NCBI GenBank assembly: GCA_025558095.1
Contig: JAIVFI010000019.1
Location: 496,001 to 560,000 of the forward strand
Reading direction: 5' to 3'
Source of the DNA: Hyaloraphidium curvatum SAG 235-1
Lineage: Eukaryota; Fungi; Monoblepharomycota
DNA: 64,000 bases
Below are positions 43,182 to 54,932 of this stretch, in pieces. The translations under genes and the position numbers were made by a program. The notes under the pieces were generated by a model that made no database searches, was not told where the DNA came from, and was given only the letters and a program-made list of their open reading frames with translations. How positions within the stretch are numbered: position 1 is the first letter of the stretch; the number at the start of each line of letters is the position of its first letter.

Positions 43182-45618
43182 TCACGAGTTGCTGTACAGA
43201 TCGGACCCGACCATGACAACATCTTTGGTGCGCTTCCCAGGGAGGCAGTACAAAGCAATGTGCCCTTCAACGGCGGGAACGTCGATGAGCTTCTGCTGGG
43301 GAGAAAGCATCTCGAAGGGGAGGAGGTGAAAGGTCATGGTCTTTTCCCCTGCAGGGTCCTGCCACTCAGCCTTGTGGTGATCTTTGAACTGGGGACACTT
43401 CGTGACGATGCTCCAGACGGTCTCGTCCCCAAGTAGTCTCTCCTTGGGCCACAACGGAGCTGATGCGGCAATCTCGCCGTCATCGTTGCGCTTGCTCAGC
43501 GAAACGGAGTAGGTCGGCTTGAAGTTGCCCATGGGGCCGTCGGGCGTAAAGGCCATAGGCTCAGTCACGCCTGCAATATGGAGATGCATCCAGATGGGTG
43601 TGAAAGACGCTGTACGCACGGTCGCACCTGGCGAGGGGCCCGCGTTGGGGGCAGCGAGGGGGCTCATGAACGGGTTCCCGTCATTCTGTTCTCGGGGGGC
43701 ACCACCAGTGCCCCAGTCCGGCTTGGACATGACAGGAACGGTCCTGGCAAGACCTTGCTTCCGAAGCGATGCCCGAATGGCGTCGAGAGCCGTCGTTCCG
43801 CCCGGGGGGTTTTCGAAGTCGACGTAGTCGGGGTCGGTCGGGGTCAAGCCTTTCTTTTCCGTCTCTATCTGAATTCGGTGTAAGCGTACAAGACAACGCG
43901 GTAAAGTAACGATACATACGGCCATCCGTACCCAATGATGGGAGTCCTGAAGGTCGAACTGGCCGTGGCACATGCCGTGCATCAGGAAACAGCGTGGGCC
44001 GTGAACCCGGGTCATCAGGTCCCCGACGTGCGTGTGGCCCCTCGTCTTGCACACGGGAATGTAGAGCTTGTTGAGCTTAGACAAACGATCGGGCAGGCTG
44101 GATGTTGTGCCAGCTGTTCCAACTTCTCTCCCACCAGTGACCTGCTCGGGCCACGGAAGTCTCGTCGACATAGACATAACCAGCAAAGACGCCGAATCCT
44201 ACCACACCGGTCGACGTCCCCAAGGGGTTGGCAGTCTGTGTGGCAGCCTGGACGGCGGCGGGGTCGAACAGGGGCGGGGCACCGAGAGCGCCGGCCTGGG
44301 ACAAGCCAAACGTGATGCCCTTGACCTCCACAATGTCGATTCCCGGAATGAGCTGACGCCGGCGCAGCAAGTTACGAAGCGCCTCGTCATCGGTAACGTG
44401 GCAGACATGCACGTCTTTGGGCTTTGTCGAGTTATGGTTGCCCGAGATGTAGGTGAGCAGAGGTGCCCCATCCGAGCGGTGCGGAACGAATACGCCGATG
44501 TGCCAATTGGGGCTATGGATCTGCTTGGCAGCTTGACCCTAGAACGCCGCGATGGTGATGCTGTCGATCGGCCCCAGATCGAGCTGGACGGTGGACATCG
44601 TAGAGCCCATCATCTTGGTGCCAGTTACAGCCGCAAACTTGACTGGAACATCGCATGTGAGCGTAATGCAAGAAAAAGCGCGATTGCTGCGATTCCACAC
44701 CCTCATAGACGGTAGCGAGCTCAGCCTTCTCCTTGGCCGTCAATGGCTTGGTCGGTTTCTCGTCTGCCTTCTTTCCTCCCTTCTTCCGCTTGGGCCCCCA
44801 TTCGAAGTAGGCGGCCTCCACGACCACGGACGACTCGCTCGAAGGGGTGGGCGGCGGTTTGGGCAGAGCATGGGTGATTCTGGACGGTGTGTCGTCGAGA
44901 GGTGCCGATGCCGGCTCGGATTCCTCGACAACCACGGCGGGCTTGGGTACAGTGCTCTGCGTCTGATGCTTCTTGCTCATGCGTGCTTTCTTCGGAGCCT
45001 GTTGGGAGCCATCTTCTGCGTGGTGGCTTGGGGATGGTAACGGTCGTGACGAATCACCATCCAGTGCCCACCTTTCCCTTGCTGGCAGCCCGAGCAAATC
45101 CAGCTCATGCTTTTGCCGGGCCTCTTGTTGATGCCGTTGCACCTTGTGTGCTGGTAAACCTTGCACTCGTCGCAATCGATCATGGGCTTGCCGTCGTCGA
45201 AGTCGTGCCCCTCGGCACCGCAGACGCACTTGAAATCCCAGCTCTCCGCGTCCGCGCTGTCGACGTCCTCATTGCTCGTAGTAGTGCCTTGTTTTCCTGA
45301 AGGGGAGGAGTGCTGTCAGTCCGGCTGCCTCCAGAATTCAAACGGGAACCGACCTGCAGCTCGGACTGCCTCGTAGCACGTCTTGCACACGGAGTGGTCG
45401 CCGGCCTGGAGCTTCTTCTGTCCCTTGATTCTCGTGCCGCAGACCTCGGCATTGTCACGGCTCAAGGTGATCCAGCGCAAGTAGTCGGAAGGGCGGCCGG
45501 CCTTCTGGAGCTTGGACTCGTGGGCGTCGCGCTGCCTGCAGTTCCTGTTGCAGACGACGCAATTGTCACATAGAGCGCATGAAATCTGAAACTTTTCCGG
45601 GTCCTGCGGAGGCGCCAT
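43182..45618 (-). pseudogene. Transposon cargo: multi-exon PHD-finger/Zn-binding protein with one in-frame TAG
   Basis: Exon 1 has CxxC..CxxC...CxxC. After intron 45297-45353 comes the PHD CVC...DDGKPMIDCDECKVYQHTRC...WICSGC. After intron 45016-45071 come NLS-like PKKAR and KRKK. TAG at 44539-44541. A later C..H...C...H cluster follows. Confidence 0.7.
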
Positions 45619-45833
45619 TGCCTTCTTCCGTGGGCTGGGGGGGGGGCAGATTCGAGGACGTTTGGTGCCTGAGTTTTGCGCGCGCGCGGGTGGGCAAGGT
45701 TTGGAGAAAGGGCAATATTACGATCGGTACCGCGGCCACCGCCAATCTGGCCCACAGCTGACCATTGCCCTACTCAACCAGGCCGTGACACCTCCGCGCA
45801 GACATTCACATCTGGTTCCCCGCGGAAAACCAA

Positions 45834-47167
45834 TTACAGACGACCCTGGATCTTGCCGGCCCTTCCGATCAGGCTGTGGTTGAGCCACGGGTTCCGCTCC
45901 ACCCCCGTGGTGCCAAGGAAGTTGTGCGGGAAGAGCAGAGGCTCCTTGGTCACCTCGTCAAGCTTGCGGAGCTCGTCTTCGGTGAGGACGACGTTGAGCC
46001 CGCCGAGATTGTCCTTCAGCTGGGCCACGGTTCGGCAGCCGATCAAGGGCGAGGTGATTCCCGGCCTGGAAAGCTCCCACGCAACGCAGACTTGGCCGGA
46101 GGTGCACCCCTTGGTGGCCGCGATCTCGCCGACGGCCTCGGCAATCGAGTAATCCCTGTCGCTCATCTGCACCGTTGACCGGGCGGCATCGGCGGGCTTG
46201 GGACCGCCGCGCTTGTATTTGCCCGTATACTTGCCCTGGCCGAGAGTGCCCCAGGGCACGATGCCGAGCCCCATCTCCATGCACATCGGAATGACATCCT
46301 GCTCCATGTTCCGATCGCCCATGTGGTAGCGGCCCTGATACGCGACGAACGGAGACCATCCGTGGAGATCGGCGATCGTGTTGCAGCGTGAGACTACCCA
46401 GGCGGGGGTGTCGGAGATGAGGGCGTCTGTTTCCTTCGCGTGAGGGATAGCAATGGCGCGACGCTGAGGAGCACTCACAGTGCACCTTGCCGGCGCGAAT
46501 CACATCGTCCATCGCGCGCATGATTTCCACGGGCTGCGTCGTAAAGTCCCACCAGTGAACGTAGAGGCAGTCCAGGTAGTGCGTGCCGAGGCGCTTCAGG
46601 CTCGTCTCGAGCGAGAACAGGAGGTTCTTGCGAGAGTTGCCGCCCCGGTTGATGTTGATGTCGGTCGAGTTGATCCGGCTCGGGGACGTGTACTTGGTGG
46701 CGATTATGATCTTGGAACGGGGAGATGTGAGCCAGAGACTGCCAGCAGAGCGTTTGGTCCGAACCCACGTCATCCCGGAGGTTCTCTTGGTTGCGGCGGC
46801 GTAGCATGTCGCCCAGCCATTGCTCAGAATCACCACCCTGGTCTGCAAAACGAGTCAGACAAGCCAAGGAAGGACTCTTGTCAGAATACTCGCAGCTGAC
46901 TGCAGTGTCTACGAAGTTCCCGCCCGCATTCACGTAGGTGTCGAATATCTCCGTCGCCGTCTCGAATGTGCACTCTCCCATCAGAGATTCCCAGCCTTTG
47001 CCCTGAATGTCGACTGCTGATGAGCATATGAAAGAGCGATGCGGACCTGGGCAGTAACACACGAAGTTCATGGCCCCGAGACACAGGGGCGAGACCCGGA
47101 CCGAGGCGCGCGGAGACAGGAGGCGGTAGTCCCGCAGGGTGGTCTTCTGGTGGGGATACGACGCCAT
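45834..47167 (-). CDS. Aldo/keto reductase (aryl-alcohol dehydrogenase/AAD-like)
   Basis: VRVSPLCLGAMNF, GGNFVDTA, IIIATKY, GNSRKN, YLDCLYVHWWD, ISDTPAWVV and PWGTLGQG. Confidence 0.92.
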
Positions 47168-47279
47168 CGTGTTTGCCGACGCAAGATGGGCCGTGGGAGA
47201 CGAATCACACGTGTGATCGCGAGTTGCCTCCTGCGCGCGCGCGAGGATTCCCGGGGACGACGCCGCGCGATTCTTGCCA

Positions 47280-48975
47280 ATGTCGGGCGATCTGTTTGTC
47301 GGCGTAGATTGCGGAACCGCTTCGGTCCGCGCCGCCCTCCTGGACGCGTCGGGCAGGCTCCTGGCGACGCATTCGGAGCTCATTTCGGTCTGGAACCCGC
47401 GACTGGACCACTACCAGCAATCTTCGGCGGAAATCTGGACGCAGACATGCGCTTGTGTTCGTGCTGTTGTAGCCGACTACGATGTGGAACGCGTCAAGGG
47501 CATCGCCTTCGACGCGACCTGCTCGTTGGTCTGCCTCGACTCGTGGGACGGCCCAGTTAGCGTCGACATCGCGGGGTCCAAAGAGCAGGACGTCATCCTT
47601 TGGATGGATCATCGGGCAACCGCAGAGGCCCGTGAAATCACCGAGGGTCGATACGCCGTGCTAGAGGGGGTCGGGAACGAGATGTCTCCTGAAATGGAGA
47701 GCCCGAAGATGTTGTGGCTCAAGAGGAACCTGCCGGGGAGATTCAGGACCATTCAATCCTTCTGGGATCTGAGCGATTTCCTCGTTCATCGCGCAACGGG
47801 TACCTTCGGTCGCTCAGCGTGCCCTCTGGTGTGCAAATGGACGTTTGACGGCGGCTGGGACGACGGCTACTGGAAAGCAATCGGACTGGGTGAATTTGTT
47901 GCAGAAGGTTATTCTAGGATCGGTAAGGCCGAGGACGTGAAGCCTGTCGGGGCGCCCGTTGCTGCGGGACTTTCGGCTCATGCCGCCAGAGAGCTGGGCT
48001 TGCGTGCTGGCACAGCCTGCTCGACAGGGCTGATCGATGCCCATGCTGCATACGTCGGCACCGTAGGCTGCCGCGCTGGTGGGGCATTTGGGGATGCCGG
48101 GGCCGAAAAAGCACGGCGTCTCGTAATCATTGCGGGCACTTCCACGTGTCATCTGATTAACACGGATCGGAGAGTGCTGGTTCCCGGAATCTGGGGGCCG
48201 CAGGGGGGTTCGACGGTGCACGGCGAGTGGACCTTGGAAGGAGGCCAGAGCTCCACCGGCAGCCTTTTGGATCACTTGGTTAGGAACCATGAGGCATACG
48301 CCGAAGCAAAGGAGCTCGCGGACCGAAGCGGGCAGATCGTCTTTGATTTGCTCAACCAAAGAGTCATTGCTCTTGCGGCGGAGCAAAGCTTCGCGTTTCC
48401 AAGTGAGGATTGTTCAACTTATTGCCATCGCGAATCGCGATCCAGCTAACCACGCCTTTGATCCAGATCTTCTCGTCAAGCATCTCCACATGCTGCCTGA
48501 TCACCACGGCAACCGATCCCCGCGCCCGTCACCGCACCCTGCGGGGGTCGTGGTCGGGATTTCGCTCGCCCGGGACCTGGACTCGCTCGCGATTCTTTAC
48601 TACGCCGGCCTACATGCCCTGGTCTATGGGACGTTGGAGATCGTCAAGCGCCTTGCGGACCACGGCGTTGCTGTTGATGAGGTGGTCATGTCGGGCGGCA
48701 TGGCTCGTAACGACCTCTTCGTTCGTCTCCACGCCGAAATCCTGGGTGTGCCCATCCTCGTTCCTGCGGACGCGGAACACGGATCGGTTCGAGGTGCGGC
48801 GATCGCGGGCGCGCTGGCCGCGGGACGCTTGGATGCTATGCAGTTGATGGGAGGAAGTGGGGCGCAGGTGGCTTGCGATCCCATGCCCGAGCTCCGGGAC
48901 TTCCATTCGAAGAAGTTCAAAGTCTTCATGGACCTCGTGGAGACGACTGCGCGAGCTAGATCTGTGATGGAGTGA
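47280..48975 (+). CDS. FGGY-family pentulose/D-ribulose kinase
   Basis: VGVDCGTASVRA, FDATCSLV, WMDHRA, SPEMESPK, IDAHA, GTSTCH, EGGQSSTG and PDHHGNRSP. One intron at about 48403-48466. Confidence 0.92.
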
Positions 48976-49028
48976 GGGGTTCAACCTTGGCGTCGCGTGT
49001 TTTTCCTGTCCCCCAAACCTGCCTCCCC

Positions 49029-50762
49029 ATGGCCGAACTAGACGTGACGGTCGCGCAGGGCGCGCTGAAAGGCACCCCGGTGCTCGATGGCCGAGTTCGC
49101 GCATTCCTGGGGATCCCCTTCGGCGAAGCTCCGCGCTGGCAGAAGCCGCGACCGGCGCCGAAGTGGCAGGGGACGCGGGATGCGTCCAAGCGCGGCCCGG
49201 TGCCGCTGCAGATGCCTTCCGGGCTCGCGCCGCTGCAGATGAAGTCGCAATACTATGAACACACTCACAATGCCGAGCAGGGCGAGGAGTGCCTCGTCTT
49301 GAACGTGTGGGCCCCCGCGAACGTGAGCCGCGCCCCAATTTTCTCGCGTTGCACGCTCGTGAACACGATTTCTCCTTCAGTCTACGGCGACCAACCTTCC
49401 CGTGATGTGCTGGATATACGGCGGGGCCTTTGGCGAGGGCTCGGCCGCGACGCCGCTGTACGACGGCAGCAATCTGGTCGCCAAAGCCGCGGAGCTGGGG
49501 ACTCCCGTGATCTTGGTGGCGATTCAGTACCGCTTGAACGTTTTTGGATTCCTGGCGAGCAAGGAGCTCAAGGAATGGAGCAAGGATGGATCCGGCGGGA
49601 CCAACCTCGGCATAGTTGGGCCACCCCGCAACGGTACCGTTGCGCTCGCTAACCGGGCCCCATGTTACAGTACGACCAGCGCCTCGGCCTCATGTGGATC
49701 CGCGAAAACATCGCCGCGTTCGGCGGGGACCCCTCAAACGTCACCATCTTTGGCGAATCGGCGGGCGCCATCTCGTGCGACTACCTCTCGGTCCTCTTCG
49801 GGCACGAGAACCTCTTCCGCCGCGCCATCCTGCAGAGCGGCGCTCTTAGCAGCACCGCACCCAGGCCAATCGAGGCGGCGCAGGTGTACTTTGATTCCCT
49901 GTACAAGGCGGCCGGCGGGCCCGAGGACAAGGCGGGGACCGCGAAAGTGGAGTTCCTGCTGGGCAAGACGGGCGAGGAGCTCAAGGCAGCCATGGTCAAC
50001 ATGGTTCCCCGGGGATCGTGGGCCCCGGTCGCGGACGGCGAGCTGCTCAAGAACCTGCCTCTGCTGGCTAAGAAGGGAGTCGACGCCCTGCTGTGCGGAA
50101 CGAACGCGGACGAGTGCGTGGACGATCAGCGTTCCAGCTCGTTGCCTTACCGTTGCGCAGGGGCTCCCTGTTTGCCGCCCTGATTTGCGCACCGGGCCAG
50201 GAAGCGTTGGCCAAGATGTTCGTCCAGGCCATGTTCAAGGGCAGGACCGACGAGCTGCTGAAGCGCTACGAAGAGAAATACGGGTGTGCTTGCGGCGCGT
50301 CCCGTTCCGTTTTCGAGCTTTTGGCTCACCGAACCCGCACCTTCCAGGTCCTTCTTCAGCGCCGTCGATGAGATCCTGAACGAAACCCTGTTCCAGCTCC
50401 CCGTCCGCACGTCGGCCAAGGTCGCCGCGGCGCAGGGCATCCCCACCTTCCGCTACCGCTTCACCCGCCCCGTGGACTCGATCCCCGACAACCTACGTGT
50501 GTCGCACCTCGCCGAGGTGCCCTTTGTTATGTTCCAGGGGGACGTGCTGACGGAGGAGGAGCGCGCTTACGCGGAGAAGATGGTGCGGCATTGGGTGAAC
50601 TTCGCTGCCACCGGCAGGCCGGGGGAGGACTTCCCCGAGTACGGCAAGACGGGCCAGACCCTTGTCTACGGCGCCGATGGACCCAAGGCGGAAACGACGG
50701 AGTTCAGGAACGAGGATCTGGACCTGTTACAGCAGACCTTGCTCGAAGCCCACGCCTCGTAG
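49029..50762 (+). CDS. Type-B carboxylesterase/lipase
   Basis: [54 protein letters not shown] and WVNFA. Confidence 0.92.
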
Positions 50763-51404
50763 GAGACGAAAACACAGGCGGGCGTCTTTTGGACACTTTG
50801 TCTTGCCAATGTGCCCGGGATGAGCTTCTTCTTAATGCCGGGTCTCGTCAAGATAACGCATAAGAAGTGAGATGCCTGTACTGCTGAGGCACTTTTGTGG
50901 ACCTCCTGGAAACTTGGGACCAACAGCGGCACAAGACTAACTCTCAAGGCAGCCTTTAGCAGATATCCCTGAAACGGACCGCGTACAAGAAGAGAGAATA
51001 GATTGCCTCCTTTACACTTCCCGCATATCGGTCCTGGCTAGGTACTGCAGGACGCGAAAATCCCCAATAATCGACAGCGTAGTATATTTGAGCTGTTTTC
51101 AGTGGTGCTCGAAGGAGTGGCTGGGGCGGGGCGGCGTTGGCGGACGGGGCGGAGCGGCGGAACCCCGGGCGGCGTCCAAGCGGCGAAACCCGTTTTCCGC
51201 CGCCGCTCACGCGAAAGATCACACCACCACAGCCTGCCGCAACGAACATAACGAAACTTCGATTCTTCGACGGCAGAGACAAAGCTTCACCGCGCCGCGG
51301 GACTATAAGAGCGAGGGGTCCGGCGCGGAGAGTCGGGCACAATCAAATCAATTGCCATCTCATCGGCTCCTTCCCCGCCTCCTATCCGCCAACACAACAC
51401 GCAA

Positions 51405-51797
51405 ATGTCGTCCAACACCGCCCTCATCGCCGCCCGCTCCGTCACCTTCCCTTTCATCGCCATCATGCTCGCCAGCGCGGCTAACGCTCTTTTCCGGCCG
51501 CTGGTCGCAGCGAAGCGATTCGGGCTCCCCCGCGACGAAGCCGACGACGGTGCTTTCGTCCGCGTGTACGCCTCCCGCAACACGGCCATCGCCATCGCCG
51601 TCGCGGTGCTCGCCGGACTCGGGGAAGCGAGGGGCACAGCGGTGCTCGTGACGTGCACCGTACCGCTGACCGTCTTCGACGCGGTGCTGGTGCGGGTGCG
51701 CAAGGCGGAGGGACCCAGGCCGTACTACTTGCATGCAGGCATCGGGGCGATGCTGGGGCTGATCAGCGGGCTGTGGTGGTGGGCTGCATCGGTGTAG
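51405..51797 (+). CDS. Small multi-pass membrane protein, DUF4267-like, intronless
   Basis: About four hydrophobic segments with AAKRFGLP...YASRN...D...H pattern. Confidence 0.6.
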   Translation: MSSNTALIAARSVTFPFIAIMLASAANALFRPLVAAKRFGLPRDEADDGAFVRVYASRNTAIAIAVAVLAGLGEARGTAVLVTCTVPLTVFDAVLVRVRKAEGPRPYYLHAGIGAMLGLISGLWWWAASV

Positions 51798-52457
51798 ACG
51801 GAAGGCCGGCAGGGCTCGAGACGTTCCGGAAGACTCGTTGATATTTCGAAGAAGTGATTATTTGTGTTGTATGAGCTTGACGTGACGTTCAAGTCGTAGA
51901 AGTCGCTTGACGGTTCACAAGACCCAGTTCGATGAGTCAAGTCGTCGTGTTCAGAGCATCCATTCCCCTTGAATCAACGATTCCAAGAGCCATCGAACCT
52001 CAAGGAGGCTACTGCACAGTAAACCATGTTGATTGATTGGTACTGTCGTTGTTGTTGCGTAGGCAAGGTTGCAAGCGCAGGAAGAGCCCGTCTGTTTCTT
52101 CGGCTTGCTCTACGTGCCGCTCTCGCGGCCGGATCCCGCCAAACACCCCCAGAAACTGACAGGTGGTGAACAGTTAGACATTTCCTGACATCCTTTCATC
52201 GAGCGGCCTGGGCCACCGGCTTCGAATGTTCCTGGATTCGAAGCTCCGGCCTTGCCACCAATCACACTCGCGACTTGCCGCGAACGTCGATTCACTTCGA
52301 CGCCACTCGCTCCGCCCATTCCACTTCCCGGAAGGAACCGGCGCGGCGCAGTTTCTCTTCCGTCGCACTTCCGCCCAAAGCCCGTCCCGGCGGAGTCCCC
52401 TGCCCGGGCCCGGACCGCCAACTTCCGCCCTCGTCTCCCAACAACGTCACAACCGCG

Positions 52458-54795
52458 ATGCCCGCCGACGCCGCGGCCACCGCCAACGCCCGCATCCTCG
52501 GGCTCGCGGCGCAGCTCCGCCACTCGGCGCTGACCGACCCCGCCGAGCGCGACGCGGTGTACGACCAGACGACCTGGGACACGGCGGAGCTTCCGCCGCA
52601 GAAGGACGATGCGTACCTCGAGGGCCGGCCGCTGAAGGAGAAGAGCAAGTCCGGGAGGAAGCTGAGGATCGTGTGCGTCGGTGCCGGGTGGGTATCGCGG
52701 TTCCGTATCGCAGTGGAGCCGGGGAGCTCATGCCAGCGACGGACAGGGCGACGGGGATCGACCTCGTCCGCGAGTGGCGGCGCAACCCCGACGTCCACGG
52801 AAACACCGACCTCACGCTGTACGAAGCACTCCCGACGCACGGCGGCACGTGGTGGATCAACCGCTAGTGGGTCCCGGGTCACCCGCGGCGTCGGCCCATC
52901 CTGACCTCCTTCCCCTCGCGTCTCCAGCCCCGGCTGCGCCTGCGACGTGCCCAGTCACCTGTATTCGTTCTCGTGGGCTCCTAACCCCAACTGGAGCAAG
53001 GTCTACTCCCCTTCCCCCGGTAGGCGCTCTGACATGCCCCCAACCTCTCTTTCTGCCTAACACCCTTCCCCTTTTGAAGAGATATGGGCATACTTCGACA
53101 GATGTGCGCGCGCCGTCGGCGTCCCCGAGCTCACGCGCTACGGCGTGCGGATCGTCTCGGCGACGTGGGACGAGGACTACGCCGTGTGGCGGCTCAAGTG
53201 GCGGAGGGAGCGGTGGCACGACGACGGCAGCGAGTGGGGCCGGACGGAGGTTTTGGGCGAGGGGGAGGACTGGTGCGACGTGCTGCTGAACGGGACGGGG
53301 GCGCTGAGGTTGGTGCCTTGCGCTCGAGGGGGTCATTTGCCAACGACATCGCTGCCGTCACCGACAGTAAGCCAAAGAACCCCGACATCCCCGGCCTCGA
53401 CACCTTCGCGGGCAAGAAGATGCACACGGGCCTGTGGAACAACCGCTACTCGGTCGCCGACAAGACGGTCTGCCAGATCGGCACGGGCGCCTCGGGCATC
53501 CAGTGCTTCGCCGAGATCCAGCCCGAGGCAAAGAGCGTGACGGTGTTCCAGCGCACGCCGTCGTGGATCACCACGTACAGGCTCAAGGGGAGCTACTCAC
53601 GCGAGGAAAAGGACGCATTCGCGAGGGACTATCCCGGCTGGATCAAGTTTAGAGGGGAGCTGTGGGACGACTGGGAGAAGGGGGTGGGTTGTGTTCCGTT
53701 CCACCCGCCGCCGCCACGTGCTGACCCCCGGGTAGTGGGATATGTTCGTGCCCGGCTCGCTCAACCAGAAGAAAATGATGGGAGCTTCCCTGCGCAAGAT
53801 GGAGAACGAGGTCAAGGACCCCCAGCTGCGCAGGGTGCTCACGCCCAGCTACCCCGTCGGATGCCGCCGGTGCGTCCTTCACCGCCCGGTGCGGGACATT
53901 ACTGACCCCGGAGGACAGGCTCACGCCGCACGAGACCTTCCTGCAGAGGATCCAGCAGCCCAACGTGCGGCTGGTGACGGACCCGATCGTGCGGATCGAG
54001 CCCAAGGGGGTTGTGACCCGCTCCGCGGCTGGGAAGGAGGAGCTGCACTCTTGCGACGTCTTGGTCTTAGCTACAGGGTTCGACACCCGGTTCATTCCCG
54101 GTTTTTCGATCACGGGGAGGGACGGGCGCAAGCTGGACGACGAATGGGCCGACGTGGCCGAGTCCTACTTCTCGGTCGCCAGCTCGGGCTACCCCAACTT
54201 CTTCCTCGCGCTGGGACCCAACGCCCCGCTGGGGAGCAACTCGGCGCTGCCGATCCTTGAGAGGACGGTCAAGTACGTGCTCAGGCACGCGGTGGCGATG
54301 CGGGCGTACGGGATCAGGAGCGTGGATCCGATAAAGAGCATCCAGCACGATTGGTTCTGGTGGGGACAGGACTGGTTGAAGAAGACAGTCTGGGCCAGCC
54401 GTGGCTGCGGGGGGTGGTACAAGCGCAGGGGTGCCAAGGCTGCTGAGGTCGACGACGGGGGGGTGATCCAGGCGGTATGTGGCCGCGAAGGGGCTTCCGC
54501 GGCTGAACACCGACCCCTGCGCGGCAGATCTACCCGGGGACGACCAACAGCTTCCTGCGCTTCATCGAGGACGTCAACTGGTCGCACTTCAACGTCGAGT
54601 TCGAGCCGGGCAAGGTGGGCCGACCGGCCGCAGGAACACCGCGCGGTCTGCTGACGTTCCCCCAACGCAAAGCAACGCCCGCTCTCGGAGCTCAAGGGCT
54701 CGCGGGCCGAGTTCGAGCGCGACGGCGGGCTGTCGCAGGTTTCGACGTCGTGGGACTGGAACGGGTGGGACTACGAGCTGAAGCTGCCGGCGTGA
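52458..54795 (+). CDS. Baeyer-Villiger (flavin-containing) monooxygenase
   Basis: VCVGAG, GGTWWINRY|PGCACDVPSHLYSFS and the BVMO fingerprint FAGKKMHTGLW. Also IGTGASGIQ, FQRTPSW, ATGF and YPNFF. Multiple introns. Confidence 0.92.
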
Positions 54796-54932
54796 ATGGC
54801 GGGACGGAGGCGCGCAGCGACGTGCAGACGAAAGACAGAGCATTGCCGTTCGGGTGTGTACATCCCTACAACCACGTCACTACTTCCTACCGAGCAACAA
54901 CATCGAACCGACAACATCGGGGCGGGGGCACA

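Larger units (their letters stand above)
41951..45720. mobile_element. IS630/Tc1-type DNA transposon (~3.8 kb) with imperfect TIRs and a cargo gene
   Basis: Left end TA|CAGTATGGCCGTTTCGGCAAAGCTTGCC...CCCGCGCGCGCGC (41951-41998). Right end GCGCGCGCGCGGGTGGGCAAGGTTTGGAGAAAGGGCAATATTA (45678-45720). The outer 28 nt match at 21 positions and both ends share a GC run. The interior is lower in GC than the flanks. Confidence 0.75.

Noticed and set aside
11718-44541. Possible TAG codon reassignment suggested by two in-frame TAGs
   Set aside because: NRS/ER, the HprA-like gene, NUDIX, HAD and the esterase all end at TAG at the expected positions.
51800-52110. AT-richer intergenic stretch, possible relic or ncRNA
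   Set aside because: No recognisable ORF motif, repeat boundary or RNA structure could be supported by eye.
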